The position numbers and the translations under genes are program-made. Shown here piece by piece: positions 24,669 to 34,207 of a stretch of 64,000 bases of DNA. This DNA is from Oscillospiraceae bacterium (GTDB lineage Bacteria > Bacillota > Clostridia > Oscillospirales > Acutalibacteraceae). The notes beneath the pieces are model-generated. The model saw nothing but the letters and a program-made list of their open reading frames with translations. It searched no databases and had not been told where the DNA came from. The stretch is from the NCBI GenBank assembly GCA_009777055.1, contig WRMQ01000001.1, forward strand, positions 11,141-75,140, in the 5' to 3' direction. How positions within the stretch are numbered: the first letter of the stretch is position 1; the number at the start of each line of letters is the position of its first letter.

Positions 24669-25973
24669 ATGAAAAAGACCAAAATCCTGCTGGCAATGCT
24701 GCTGGCGCTCACCCTGGCCCTCAGCGCGGGCCTGATGACCGCGTTCGCGGACGAGCCCGACCCCAACATCCCCTTTGGCACACTCAGCGATCCCGCCCAG
24801 GCGGCCATCACCAAGATCCTGCAAATGCCGGAAGGCACGAACCTCCCCACCGCGAACTTCCTGTTCAACGTGGCCTCCCAGAGCGCGCCCACCGGTGTGG
24901 CGTCGCAGGACATTCCCATGCCCGGCACCGCCGGCGTGGTCACCATCAGCTTTGACCCCTCCAGCCTCACAAACGTTACCGTGAACACGGCAGGCGGCGT
25001 TACCCGGTACATCAAAGAGTCGGCGAGCCTGTTCGCGGGCAAATCCTGGCCGGTCCCCGGCGAGTACGTGTACACCATCACTGAGGACGACAGCGCCAGC
25101 TACACCGCCGGCACGAACGAGACAGTGATCTATTCCGGAGCCTCCTACCAGCTCACCGTGTATGTCAAGCAGGACAGCGACAGCGGCACCAATTATATCT
25201 TTGCCATCGGCATGATCAGCATCACAGAGGATGACGGCGAACCGGGCGACCCGGCGCTTAAGAAAGACCCGACCCCCGGCAGCATCAGCCTGACCAATGA
25301 TTACAGCCAGATGATCTTCACCAACAGCTTCATGAAGGTGAATGGCGACAGCGAAACCGACGTGAAAAACCTGAGCATCGAAAAGCTGACCGACGGCGAC
25401 TTCAGAGACGTGACCGAATACTTCAACTTCACCCTGACCATCACCCTTCCCCCCATGGCTGTCGCCGCGGGCCTGGGCGCAGCCTCCTACGAAGCGGTCG
25501 TTCTGGACGACCAGGATGACAACGTGACGGTGGAGCTCAACGGCGCCGCCGACGACGCCGACGGCTTCATCACGGTTGTGCCCGGCACCCCGCTGAACTT
25601 CAGCCTCAAGCATGGCGAGCGCCTGGTGATCCCCGAGCTGCCCATCGGCACCACCTATGCCATTTCGGAAATCAGCCCCACCAACTACATCCCCACCCTG
25701 ACCGTCCTTTCCGGCGGCACTGCGGTTAGCGGCCTTCCGGCCGGCGCGCTGAGCTCGACCCTTACCGCCTCCGGGCTGATCGTGGCCGACACGGCGCCGA
25801 CGACCAACGGCGCGAACAGCGCGCTGTTCACCAACCTGCGCAATGATATCAACATCACGGGCCTGAACATCAACGACCTGCCCTTTATCGGCATGATCGC
25901 CCTGGCGCTGGCCGCCGGCCTGTTCCTCCTGGCGGCGAAAGCCCGCAAGGCGAAGAAGGGCTACAGCTGCTAA
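24669..25973 (+). CDS. Spy0128/FctA-type pilin (probable backbone subunit)
   Basis: Signal peptide. Pilin isopeptide-domain hallmark PGEYVYTITEDD. C-terminal hydrophobic helix plus KARKAKK tail, preceded by DLPFIG. Confidence 0.7.
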   Translation: MKKTKILLAMLLALTLALSAGLMTAFADEPDPNIPFGTLSDPAQAAITKILQMPEGTNLPTANFLFNVASQSAPTGVASQDIPMPGTAGVVTISFDPSSLTNVTVNTAGGVTRYIKESASLFAGKSWPVPGEYVYTITEDDSASYTAGTNETVIYSGASYQLTVYVKQDSDSGTNYIFAIGMISITEDDGEPGDPALKKDPTPGSISLTNDYSQMIFTNSFMKVNGDSETDVKNLSIEKLTDGDFRDVTEYFNFTLTITLPPMAVAAGLGAASYEAVVLDDQDDNVTVELNGAADDADGFITVVPGTPLNFSLKHGERLVIPELPIGTTYAISEISPTNYIPTLTVLSGGTAVSGLPAGALSSTLTASGLIVADTAPTTNGANSALFTNLRNDINITGLNINDLPFIGMIALALAAGLFLLAAKARKAKKGYSC

Positions 25974-26031
25974 GCAAAAGCGAACACTGACTGAATGAGC
26001 GCGCAGGCGCTCTGAAAGGAGAGACCCGCAC

Positions 26032-27036
26032 ATGGGCGTAGCGGCCAAAACCGGCATAAAAGCGATACGGCTGGCAAACGGAGCCCTTGATACGGCAGTC
26101 CTGGCCATCGTACTGCTGCTGATCGCCATTGGCTGCTACGCCATGTGGGACTCGAAGCAATTATTTGACGCGGCAACCGCTGAGAAGTTCGCGGTTTATA
26201 AGCCCGGCGCCGAGGAGGACAGCCCCTCCTTCGAGCAGCTGCGGGCCATGAACCCGGAGGTGTTCGCCTGGCTTACGGTATACGGCACGAACATCGATTA
26301 CCCGGTTGTGCACAGCCCGGACGAAAGCCAGAAGTATGTCAGCGCCGACGCTCTGGGACGATATTCGCTTTCCGGCTCGATATTCCTCGGAAGCGAGCAC
26401 AGCCCCGGCTTCGCGGACTTCAGCAGCATCCTCTATGGCCACCACATGGAAAAGCAGGCCATGTTCGGAGAAATCGGACTCTTTGTCGAAAAAAGCTATT
26501 TCGACGCGCGGCAATACGGCATGCTGTACTTCGGCGGGCGGGCGCACGGGCTGGAATTTTTCGCCTTCCTCCACACCGACGCCTACGACGGCACGATATA
26601 CAGAGCTGGCATCAATGGGCGGGAAGAGCGCGGCGCGTACCTGGATTTGCTGCTTGCCCGGTCGATTCATACCCGCGGCGTCCCGGTGACGGCGGACGAC
26701 AAAATCGTTCTGCTTTCCACCTGCTCGGGCGCATCGACCAACGGACGGGATATTCTCGTCGGAAAAATCACGGATGAGCCCCGCGAAGACCCGTTTGAAA
26801 CGGAAAAACCGGACAACGCGATGGCGCTGGCGGTAGACAGGCTGCCCGGATTGTGGGCGCGGAGCCCGCGATGGGTTAAAATCAGCCTGATTTGCCTGCC
26901 GCTGTTTATCCTGCTGTTGCTGCTGTCCTTGATCATACGAAACACCAGGCAAAAAAATAATAATAAGCAAAAAAACGAGCAAAAACGCACCAATCGAAAA
27001 CAAACCAAAAAGTTACCCGACAAGGGGGGCACATGA
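26032..27036 (+). CDS. Class B sortase
   Basis: NIDYPVVH, ILYGHHM, VLLSTCSG. N-terminal TM helix plus an extra C-terminal TM and basic tail. Confidence 0.8.
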   Translation: MGVAAKTGIKAIRLANGALDTAVLAIVLLLIAIGCYAMWDSKQLFDAATAEKFAVYKPGAEEDSPSFEQLRAMNPEVFAWLTVYGTNIDYPVVHSPDESQKYVSADALGRYSLSGSIFLGSEHSPGFADFSSILYGHHMEKQAMFGEIGLFVEKSYFDARQYGMLYFGGRAHGLEFFAFLHTDAYDGTIYRAGINGREERGAYLDLLLARSIHTRGVPVTADDKIVLLSTCSGASTNGRDILVGKITDEPREDPFETEKPDNAMALAVDRLPGLWARSPRWVKISLICLPLFILLLLLSLIIRNTRQKNNNKQKNEQKRTNRKQTKKLPDKGGT

Positions 27037-28250
27037 AAATGAAATTGCAAAAGCGAACCGGAAAGATTTTGCTGAGCGGCCTGATTCTATCCTGCCTGCT
27101 TTGCCTGCTGATGCCCATGGCGTCCGCCGCGCCGGCGGCGGTTACGCTGACGGTGAATCAGGTGTTTGCCAAGCCGGCCGCGGCCGGGCCGCTGGCGGAA
27201 ACTTTTCAATACCGGCTGGAGCCCATACAGGCCACCAACCCCATGGTCATGGGGACGGTTGCCGGTGTCTATGCCTTTTCCATTACGGGAAACTCTGAAT
27301 TTGACATAGGTCCGATCGCGTTCCCGTCGCCGGGCAAATACAGCTATAGGCTGCTCCATGCCACGGAACCGGCGGCAGGCTATGTCTATGACGAGACGGT
27401 CTATACGCTGGAGGTTCTCGTGAAAGCCGACGGGACATACAGCGTTGTGGCCTCCAAAGAGGGGGGCGACAAGCAGGAGGCTCTGGAGTACAGGCATTCC
27501 TACCAGACCAATGCCAGCGACCCTCTCGTGATGGTGGACCCGCCTGTGGTGAAGACCGTGATCGGTATCCCCCGAAGCCCCGCGCTCTTCAGCTTTGAGC
27601 TGGTGGCGGGCAGCCCCGGCAACCCCATGCCGGCCGGCTCGGTCGACGGCGTGAAAACCGTGTGGATCACGGGCTCCGGCAGCGCGGAGTTCGGCGTGTG
27701 GGCCTATACGCAGCCGGGTGTGTATTATTACACGGTCTCGGAGGTCAATACCGGCGCGAGAGACTATAACTATGACACAACCGTATACACTATCACCGAC
27801 ACGGTGAGTGCCGTGGACGGGGAGCTTGAGGTATCGCGGGTGGTGACCAACGGCGCGAACCGGCAGGTGACGTCGCTGTCGTTCATCAACATCTACAAAG
27901 GCTCCGCGCAGATCCCGGCGATCCCCATTCCGGTGCCGGTCCCGCTGCCGCTGCCGGTGCCTGTTCCGCTGCCGGTTCCGGGGGCGACAGGGCCGGGGGA
28001 TCCGGGAGATCCAGGCGCTCCGGGCGTTCCGGGCGTTCCGGGCGCAGCCGGGCCCAATGATCCCGTGCCGGCGGGCACAGGCGGAACTGGTTCGAATAAC
28101 GCCAAGCTGCCCGGCAAGGGACCTAAAACCGGCGACGAGTCTCAGACCCTGCTGTTCACCTTCCTTTTCTGCGCCGGAACCGCGGCGGCGCTGTTCAGCG
28201 CGGGCTACCTGGTGATACCCGGGAGGCGCAGGGCGAATAAGAGAGGATAG
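27033..28250 (+). CDS. Spy0128-type pilin with proline-rich stalk (probable basal/minor subunit)
   Basis: Two domains with PGKYSYRLLHATE and PGVYYYTVSEVN. Stalk IPAIPIPVPVPLPLPVPVPLPVPG...GDPGDPGAPGVPGVPG. Sorting signal GPKTGD, then hydrophobic helix and RRRANKRG. Confidence 0.75.
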   Translation: MKMKLQKRTGKILLSGLILSCLLCLLMPMASAAPAAVTLTVNQVFAKPAAAGPLAETFQYRLEPIQATNPMVMGTVAGVYAFSITGNSEFDIGPIAFPSPGKYSYRLLHATEPAAGYVYDETVYTLEVLVKADGTYSVVASKEGGDKQEALEYRHSYQTNASDPLVMVDPPVVKTVIGIPRSPALFSFELVAGSPGNPMPAGSVDGVKTVWITGSGSAEFGVWAYTQPGVYYYTVSEVNTGARDYNYDTTVYTITDTVSAVDGELEVSRVVTNGANRQVTSLSFINIYKGSAQIPAIPIPVPVPLPLPVPVPLPVPGATGPGDPGDPGAPGVPGVPGAAGPNDPVPAGTGGTGSNNAKLPGKGPKTGDESQTLLFTFLFCAGTAAALFSAGYLVIPGRRRANKRG

Positions 28251-28252
28251 AT

Positions 28253-29002
28253 ATGCGCAAAAAAAAGGGCCGAAGAATCGCCGCGTGTCTGGTTTTGACG
28301 CTGTCTGTGCCTGTCATGGCGCTGGCCGGCTGGCGTCTGGCGGGCATATGGCAATCCAACCGGGAGGGCAGGGACAGCTATGCGCGCCTGGCCGATTCGG
28401 TGCGCCGCGAATTGCCCGCGCGGGATACGGACGCGGGCGGCAGGGTCATTGATTTCGCGGCGCTGCAAGCGGTCAGCCCGGACGCCGTGGCCTGGCTGGA
28501 ATGCCCGGGCACCGTCATCGATTATCCGGTGATGCGCGCGGCGGATTACAACCACTACCTGCACCGCCTGCCGGATGGCAGCTATAACGCCAACGGCTCC
28601 CTGTTCATTGATTTCAACTGCGCGCCCGATTTCACGGACCAGCTGACGGTTGTCTACGGACACAACATGAAATCGGGGCAGATGTTCGGCTCGCTTACCA
28701 AATACAAGGACCAGGCATATTACCGGGAGCACCCGTATTTTCTGCTCTACACCGCGGGCGGCGGCGCGGCACAGCGCATTGACCTGCTGTACGGCTGCGT
28801 GATCGACGCGGCGCAGTGGCGGGAGCGGGCCTTCTCCTACCAGGTGAATCTGGAGGCGCTGCTGGCCTATGCCGCCTACAACACCACGTTCGACAGCCAG
28901 ACGCAATACAGCCCGGAAGACAGGGTTGTGGCTTTGTCCACCTGCTCCTATGAGTTTGAAGGCGCCCGCTATGTGGTGCTCGGTGTGCTGCGAAGCCAAT
29001 GA
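28253..29002 (+). CDS. Class B sortase
   Basis: VIDYPVMR, VVYGHNMKSGQMFG, VALSTCSY. N-terminal TM helix. Confidence 0.8.
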   Translation: MRKKKGRRIAACLVLTLSVPVMALAGWRLAGIWQSNREGRDSYARLADSVRRELPARDTDAGGRVIDFAALQAVSPDAVAWLECPGTVIDYPVMRAADYNHYLHRLPDGSYNANGSLFIDFNCAPDFTDQLTVVYGHNMKSGQMFGSLTKYKDQAYYREHPYFLLYTAGGGAAQRIDLLYGCVIDAAQWRERAFSYQVNLEALLAYAAYNTTFDSQTQYSPEDRVVALSTCSYEFEGARYVVLGVLRSQ

Positions 29003-29041
29003 AGAAACATAAAATCAAACAAGCTCCCGCTTTCATCCACA

Positions 29042-29076
29042 AGGGCCAGCTGAAATGCTTTCATTTCAACTGGCCC
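29042..29076. terminator. Bidirectional terminator hairpin between convergent operons
   Basis: GGGCCAGCTGAAATG-ctt-CATTTCAACTGGCCC, followed by a T-rich tract. Confidence 0.6.
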
Positions 29077-29112
29077 TCTTTCGGTTTTGTTTTTATATTC
29101 TATTTCTATTCT

Positions 29113-31743
29113 CTATGCCGTAAACGCTACCTTGAAGCAGTGCGACCTGAGCTTTCCCTGGAAAAGCTTGAAGCGTACATCGCCGCCGGTGAGGGTTTTG
29201 TCGCCAACCGTGATGGAGATCACATAACCCGCGCTGTCGGTGACGGGCTTGCCAAACCATTTTGAGGGGTCGCTGCCCAGGGTAATCTTCTTTTCGGGAT
29301 ATTTCTTGTTGTATTCATTCACAAGGGCGCGCAGTTCTTCCACGGTGAACACGGGGCTCGATACGTCTACCTTCTCGATGCTGGCGCGCCCGCCGGCGAG
29401 GTAGGGCGCGGGGTCGCCGCCCCAGACGTACTTCGGGCTGGTGGTTTGTCCGGCGCAGGAGGCGAAATAGAGCGTTTCGGCCACGCCGCTGTTGTAGGCG
29501 AGGTATTCGCCCAGCACGGCATCCACCAGCGCGTAGGCCTTGGCGTGCAGCTTTTTCGCGTAGTCAGTGTTCCAGCTGCTGGTGCTGGCCATGTGCTGGT
29601 TGTTCGTCGTGGTCTTGAAGCTGTTGCGCTTGGCGATGGTGTAGGCGCAGATCACCTGTGCCTTAAAGGCCTCGTCGGCCACGTTGTTGGGATAGCCGAT
29701 TTCGCCGCAGCTTACCCGCGCGAGGTATTCCTTCAGTGTGTATGTAGCGCCATCGTGGGTGACCAGCGCGGGCGGTATGGCGTCGCGTTTAACGGCGATG
29801 CCCGTGGCGTTGTAGTAGTGCAGCAGGATTTGCTTGTAGGTCCAGCCCCTTTGGGTGGCGTAGGCCTTCGCGCCCTCCTGGCTGAGCCCGACGCCGTGGC
29901 CGTAGCCCTGCACGGTGAAGGTAAATATCTGTTTTACGGCGGGAGACAATGTCGTTGCCGGCGCCTTGGTGGTCGTTGGTGCCTTGGATGTCGTTGGGGC
30001 TTTGGATGTCGTTGGCGCCTTGGTTGTTGTGGCGCGCGCCGTCGTCGTCGCCATGGCGTCGCTGATGGCCTCCGCCGCCGACTGGGCAAGCCTTGCCGCC
30101 AGCGCGAGCAGCTGCCGCAGGTAATCCATCACAACGGAAACCACTTGCCGTGTCAGGCGAGGCAGATCAACCAGGGAGTCGTCCTTGAGACTGGCCAGGG
30201 CCGAAAGCGCGCCGCGCAGCAGGCTGTCGCTTTGCCCCGAAGCCAGCGCGGGAGCCTCCAAGCGCGCGGCCGCGGAGGCCGGCTCAGCCACAGGCTGTGA
30301 GATCTGATGTCCGGAGGTGCCGGCCGGGTCTGTTTCCGTTGCCTCAAGCAGCAGGGTGCCGTCTGCGTTATCCGCCAGGATGGCCGCGGTTTTCGTGATC
30401 GTGAGATCCTCCGTTTCGGCGGCGCTGCCGCGCTGGGCCTGGAAGGTGAGCACCAGGCAGGCGAGCACGGAGATCAGCGCCAGGCAGGATGTGGCGATGG
30501 CGCGGCGCCTGGGCCGGTCCTTTTCGTCCTCCTCCGCGGGCAGGGGCAGGGGAATCAGCTCCGCGCCGCGCGGCGGCAGCCCTTGCGTATCCAGGTAATC
30601 GCAGATGAGGCTAAACAGTGCCTCGGCGATGCCGGCCAGGCAGTCCCGCGGCAATTCGCCCGGCTCCAGCTCCAGCTGGCGGACCTGGGCATAGTCCTTG
30701 TCGTGGCACACGGCCAGATGCAGCAGCCGCCCTCCGCCCCGCGTTTTCATGGGCGCGGAGATCACGCCGCAGATATAGCTGTTTGTGCGCGCGCGCAGCT
30801 GCCGCGCGGCTTTTACGATCTTGTCCGATGTGACGGGCTGCAGGCTTTGCTCCAAAACGACAGGGAGGATCGTTTCCGGGATGCTGATTTCCCGCAGCAG
30901 GTCCTGGATGCCGTTTAATTCATGGGGCAGCGCCAGAGCGCAGATATCTCCTCTTTCCGCCAGGAGGGCGATTCGTTTCCGCAGCCGCAGCGTGGCCTGG
31001 GCGTTGTCCTCCCTGCGGCGCGTGAAGCTCTTGATTTCAGCCGTTGTGGGCGCGGCGGGCTCCGGCAGGGGATCGTTCCGCTTTGCCTTGGCCTGAATGG
31101 CTTCCCCGGCCTTTTCTGAAGCGAAGTATTCTGCCCTGGCGTCCGGGAAGGGGACAATTTCCGCCAGGGGCTCAATGCTTTCCGGGCCGATGGGCTCCAG
31201 GCTCAGAGGGGGGACGCTGATCTTTTCGAGCATGCGCTCAATGTTGTTTGACTGGATTTCCGCCTGGGCCTCCGGGGACGCGCCCTCCAAGGCCGCGAGA
31301 TAGGTCAGAACATCCATGCGGATGCCGGCCAGCAGCTGGAGCTCCAGGGGAGTGAACAGCAAGCACTGCGGGCCTTGCCGCAGGGCAAAGCCGTGATACG
31401 CGTTTTCTGTTGTGGGAAAGATTTCGGCCCCCTCGGGAAAGCAGCTGTCCTCTGGCTGTGCGGCGGCTGTGCCGGAAAACTTGACCAGCGGAATCTGCAG
31501 CGCGGCGAAGAGGCTGCGCTTCAGTGCGTGATATTGCCCGGGCTCCGCGGCGATGACGATCAGGTCGCAGAATTCCAGCTGCGGCTTCAGCAGACGCTTG
31601 AGCTGCTCCGGGCTTTTGGCCGTGAATGGTTCCGGCGTGCCGGGAAAGGCACGGTTGATCAGAGCGAGGAGCTCCTGTCGCTCCGGTGACGCCTGGGGAT
31701 CGGCGCACAGGGCGAAGATTCTTGCGTTTTTCATGATTAACAT
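29113..31743 (-). CDS. Membrane protein with C-terminal SpoIID/LytB domain and a large N-terminal cytoplasmic region
   Basis: SpoIID signature FTVQGYGHGVGLSQEGAKAYA. Single TM helix (IATSCLALISVLACLVLTF) around residue 440. APTTSKAPTTSKAPTTTKAP linker. Confidence 0.7.
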   Translation of the reverse strand: MLIMKNARIFALCADPQASPERQELLALINRAFPGTPEPFTAKSPEQLKRLLKPQLEFCDLIVIAAEPGQYHALKRSLFAALQIPLVKFSGTAAAQPEDSCFPEGAEIFPTTENAYHGFALRQGPQCLLFTPLELQLLAGIRMDVLTYLAALEGASPEAQAEIQSNNIERMLEKISVPPLSLEPIGPESIEPLAEIVPFPDARAEYFASEKAGEAIQAKAKRNDPLPEPAAPTTAEIKSFTRRREDNAQATLRLRKRIALLAERGDICALALPHELNGIQDLLREISIPETILPVVLEQSLQPVTSDKIVKAARQLRARTNSYICGVISAPMKTRGGGRLLHLAVCHDKDYAQVRQLELEPGELPRDCLAGIAEALFSLICDYLDTQGLPPRGAELIPLPLPAEEDEKDRPRRRAIATSCLALISVLACLVLTFQAQRGSAAETEDLTITKTAAILADNADGTLLLEATETDPAGTSGHQISQPVAEPASAAARLEAPALASGQSDSLLRGALSALASLKDDSLVDLPRLTRQVVSVVMDYLRQLLALAARLAQSAAEAISDAMATTTARATTTKAPTTSKAPTTSKAPTTTKAPATTLSPAVKQIFTFTVQGYGHGVGLSQEGAKAYATQRGWTYKQILLHYYNATGIAVKRDAIPPALVTHDGATYTLKEYLARVSCGEIGYPNNVADEAFKAQVICAYTIAKRNSFKTTTNNQHMASTSSWNTDYAKKLHAKAYALVDAVLGEYLAYNSGVAETLYFASCAGQTTSPKYVWGGDPAPYLAGGRASIEKVDVSSPVFTVEELRALVNEYNKKYPEKKITLGSDPSKWFGKPVTDSAGYVISITVGDKTLTGGDVRFKLFQGKLRSHCFKVAFTA

Positions 31744-31873
31744 TCCTTTTTGCTTTTTTAACTTCTTTATCTTTTCCGCATGGATGCCAGGTTATGCCGG
31801 CCCATACGGCAAAGTGCTGCCATTCCCCTTTATATGATTCTCCCCATTGCTCGCCGGCTCGCCGGATCTCTGC

Positions 31874-32905
31874 CTACTGCGCCGGCGGGTACCAAAGCTC
31901 GGCGTCCCTGAAGGGATTTCTGCCGCCGTTGAACCTGTCGTACCAGGCCTGCGGATATCGCGGATTGGGATTTTTTTGCACGAGATTCGTGTCGATTTCC
32001 AGGCCCTCGCCCTCCCGCACCCTGCGCGCGACCAATACCAGGAACTCATCCTTAAAATCGTAGAGGCAGGTTTGCACGCTCAACAGATGATCGCCGTACT
32101 GCACATCCACACCTGTGTTGATCAGCGTACGCTGGCGCAGCTGTTTGACGAAGCCGTCGAAGTCCTCTTTCTTGGGAATACGCGGGGTATCGAAATGGAA
32201 GACGTAGTTCCGGTCCTCGCCGGGCGCGCCGTTGACGTTGAGCACCGCGATGACCTTATAATAATACGTCGCTTCGGGGGTTTCCAGGGTGATGATGGGG
32301 TTGTTGGCGACCACGTCGCGCTTTTCGTACTCCTTGAGCCGCCCGAAGATGGTGCCGTCCTTCATATGATGGCCATAGATGATCAGATTCGTGTCCATGG
32401 GCTCAAGCTTATTGCGCCAGTCCATGAAGGGGTTGCCGTAGCGGGATGGCTTGCACTTGAAGTCGCGCTTGAGGTAATACACGTTGTCGAGGGTCTGCAC
32501 AATGGGCAGGTCGACCTTCGCCCCGGGAATCTTAAGCCAGCAGACCACCTCGGGGTTGAGCGCCTTAAGCCCGGCCCAGTCGATCACGCGAATCTCCCGG
32601 ATCTCCGTGCTTCCCTCCGGCGTGGTGTACGATTCGGTCCTTGACTCAGGAGGCGGAGGCGGTGCGCTGACCCATTTGTCAATCACAAAGTACCACAGCA
32701 GCACTAAGATGCAGACAAAGATGACAAACAGACAAAAGTTGACCATTGCCTTGCGGAGCTTTTCTTTTTTGGAATCGCCCCTGACGGGAACGAAGTTCCG
32801 CTGCAAAAAGTTTTTTTTGCGCCGTTTGGGCGCGGCGGCAAAAACCTCCTCGAGCGCGTGCAGGGCGTCCTCGGATTCTTTGTACCGCCTGGGTTCTCTG
32901 TCCAT
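31874..32905 (-). CDS. Class B sortase (third copy)
   Basis: KVDLPIVQ, IIYGHHMKDGTIFG, LSVQTCLY. N-terminal cytoplasmic tail plus TM helix. Confidence 0.75.
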   Translation of the reverse strand: MDREPRRYKESEDALHALEEVFAAAPKRRKKNFLQRNFVPVRGDSKKEKLRKAMVNFCLFVIFVCILVLLWYFVIDKWVSAPPPPPESRTESYTTPEGSTEIREIRVIDWAGLKALNPEVVCWLKIPGAKVDLPIVQTLDNVYYLKRDFKCKPSRYGNPFMDWRNKLEPMDTNLIIYGHHMKDGTIFGRLKEYEKRDVVANNPIITLETPEATYYYKVIAVLNVNGAPGEDRNYVFHFDTPRIPKKEDFDGFVKQLRQRTLINTGVDVQYGDHLLSVQTCLYDFKDEFLVLVARRVREGEGLEIDTNLVQKNPNPRYPQAWYDRFNGGRNPFRDAELWYPPAQ

Positions 32906-32942
32906 ATCGCTGTTTTCCCCTTTTCGTTTCGCTTCAGTCGCT

Positions 32943-34190
32943 TCAGTTCGCTTCAGTTCGCTTCGCGAGCAGCTTGCGCAGCAGGTTGAGGGCCTGCTTC
33001 GTGGCGTAATCGCGGTTGTAGCCGCGGTCGCCGCGGCCGGTTTCTATGCGCTCCTCCAGGGTGGTCTCCCCATCTGTGGCCGCGAGGTAGATGAGGCCTA
33101 CCGGCTTTGCCGTGCCGTCGCTGCCGGGCCCCGCGATGCCGGTGACCGCCAGCCCGATATCCGCGCCGGAGCGTTTTTTGATGCCCTCGGCCATGGAAAA
33201 CGCGCATTCGGCGCTGACGGCGCCGTAGCGCTCCAGTACATACGCCGGCACATCCAGCAGCGCGCGCTTGCAGTCGTTGGAATAGCTTACCACACCCCAG
33301 CCGAAAACCGCCGAAGCGCCGGGCGCCTGCGTGAGCTTGGCGGCGATGCCGCCTCCCGTACAGGATTCGGCGATGGCGACGGTCTTTTTTGCTTCAACAA
33401 GACAATCAATGACGGCCGCCTCCAGTTCTTTGTCGACGGAATAGGCGTAAAATCCTAAAATTTCTTTTAATTTTTTTATGATTGGCTTGCAAAGGGCCTC
33501 CGCCTCCTCCTCGGTGGCCGCCGCGGCGCAGACCCGAAGAAAGGCCTCGCCCTGTTTGGCGTAGGGCGCGATGGTGGGATTCGCCAGGTCGAGGTAGTCC
33601 TGCGCCAGATCGGCCATGCGGCTTTCGCCGATGCCGATGGTGCGCAGATAATGGGATAAAATCACACCGGAGGAGAAGGGCATGAGCAGCGGCTTGAGCT
33701 GCTCCTGGAACATGGGCCGCAGCTCGCCGGGTGGGCCGGGCAGGAGGGCGACCCTCTTGTCGCCTTTGGCGATCCAGCAGCCGGGGGCGGTGCCGTTCCC
33801 GTTGTATAGAACCTGGCAGCCCTCCGGCACCAGGGCCTGCTTGCGGTTGCTTTCGCTCATCGCGAGGCCCCGCGTACGAAAGAAGTCCTCTATACGGCTG
33901 AGCTGGAGCTCATCGAGCACCAGGGGCAGCTCCAGGGCTTCGCAGACCACCTCCTTGGTGATGTCGTCCGCCGTGGGGCCCAGCCCGCCGGTAAGCAGCA
34001 CGATATCGCCGCGGTCCAAAGCGGAAAGGAAGGCCTCCCGCAGCCTTGCGGGGTTATCGCCCACGGTGCAGTGGCGCTCCACCGCGATGCCGGTTTCGGC
34101 CAGGCGCTGGGACAAAAACTGCAGGTTCGTGTTCAGAATCTCGCCCAGAAGCAGCTCTGTTCCAACGGTTATAATTTCACATCTGTGCAA
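32943..34190 (-). CDS. cinA: CinA family protein (competence/damage-inducible; NMN amidohydrolase domain)
   Basis: CEIITVGTELLLGEILNTN N-terminus, with a C-terminal PncC-like domain (ESCTGGGIA). Start is set at TTG 34190 (AGGAG 8 nt upstream). The upstream ATG 34223 lies inside the heptamer array. Confidence 0.85.
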   Translation of the reverse strand: MHRCEIITVGTELLLGEILNTNLQFLSQRLAETGIAVERHCTVGDNPARLREAFLSALDRGDIVLLTGGLGPTADDITKEVVCEALELPLVLDELQLSRIEDFFRTRGLAMSESNRKQALVPEGCQVLYNGNGTAPGCWIAKGDKRVALLPGPPGELRPMFQEQLKPLLMPFSSGVILSHYLRTIGIGESRMADLAQDYLDLANPTIAPYAKQGEAFLRVCAAAATEEEAEALCKPIIKKLKEILGFYAYSVDKELEAAVIDCLVEAKKTVAIAESCTGGGIAAKLTQAPGASAVFGWGVVSYSNDCKRALLDVPAYVLERYGAVSAECAFSMAEGIKKRSGADIGLAVTGIAGPGSDGTAKPVGLIYLAATDGETTLEERIETGRGDRGYNRDYATKQALNLLRKLLAKRTEAN

Positions 34191-34207
34191 TGGCGTCACT
34201 CCTTTCC

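Noticed and set aside
28999-29265. 88-aa ORF following the second island sortase.
   Set aside because: It crosses the bidirectional terminator and runs antisense into the SpoIID-like gene C-terminus.
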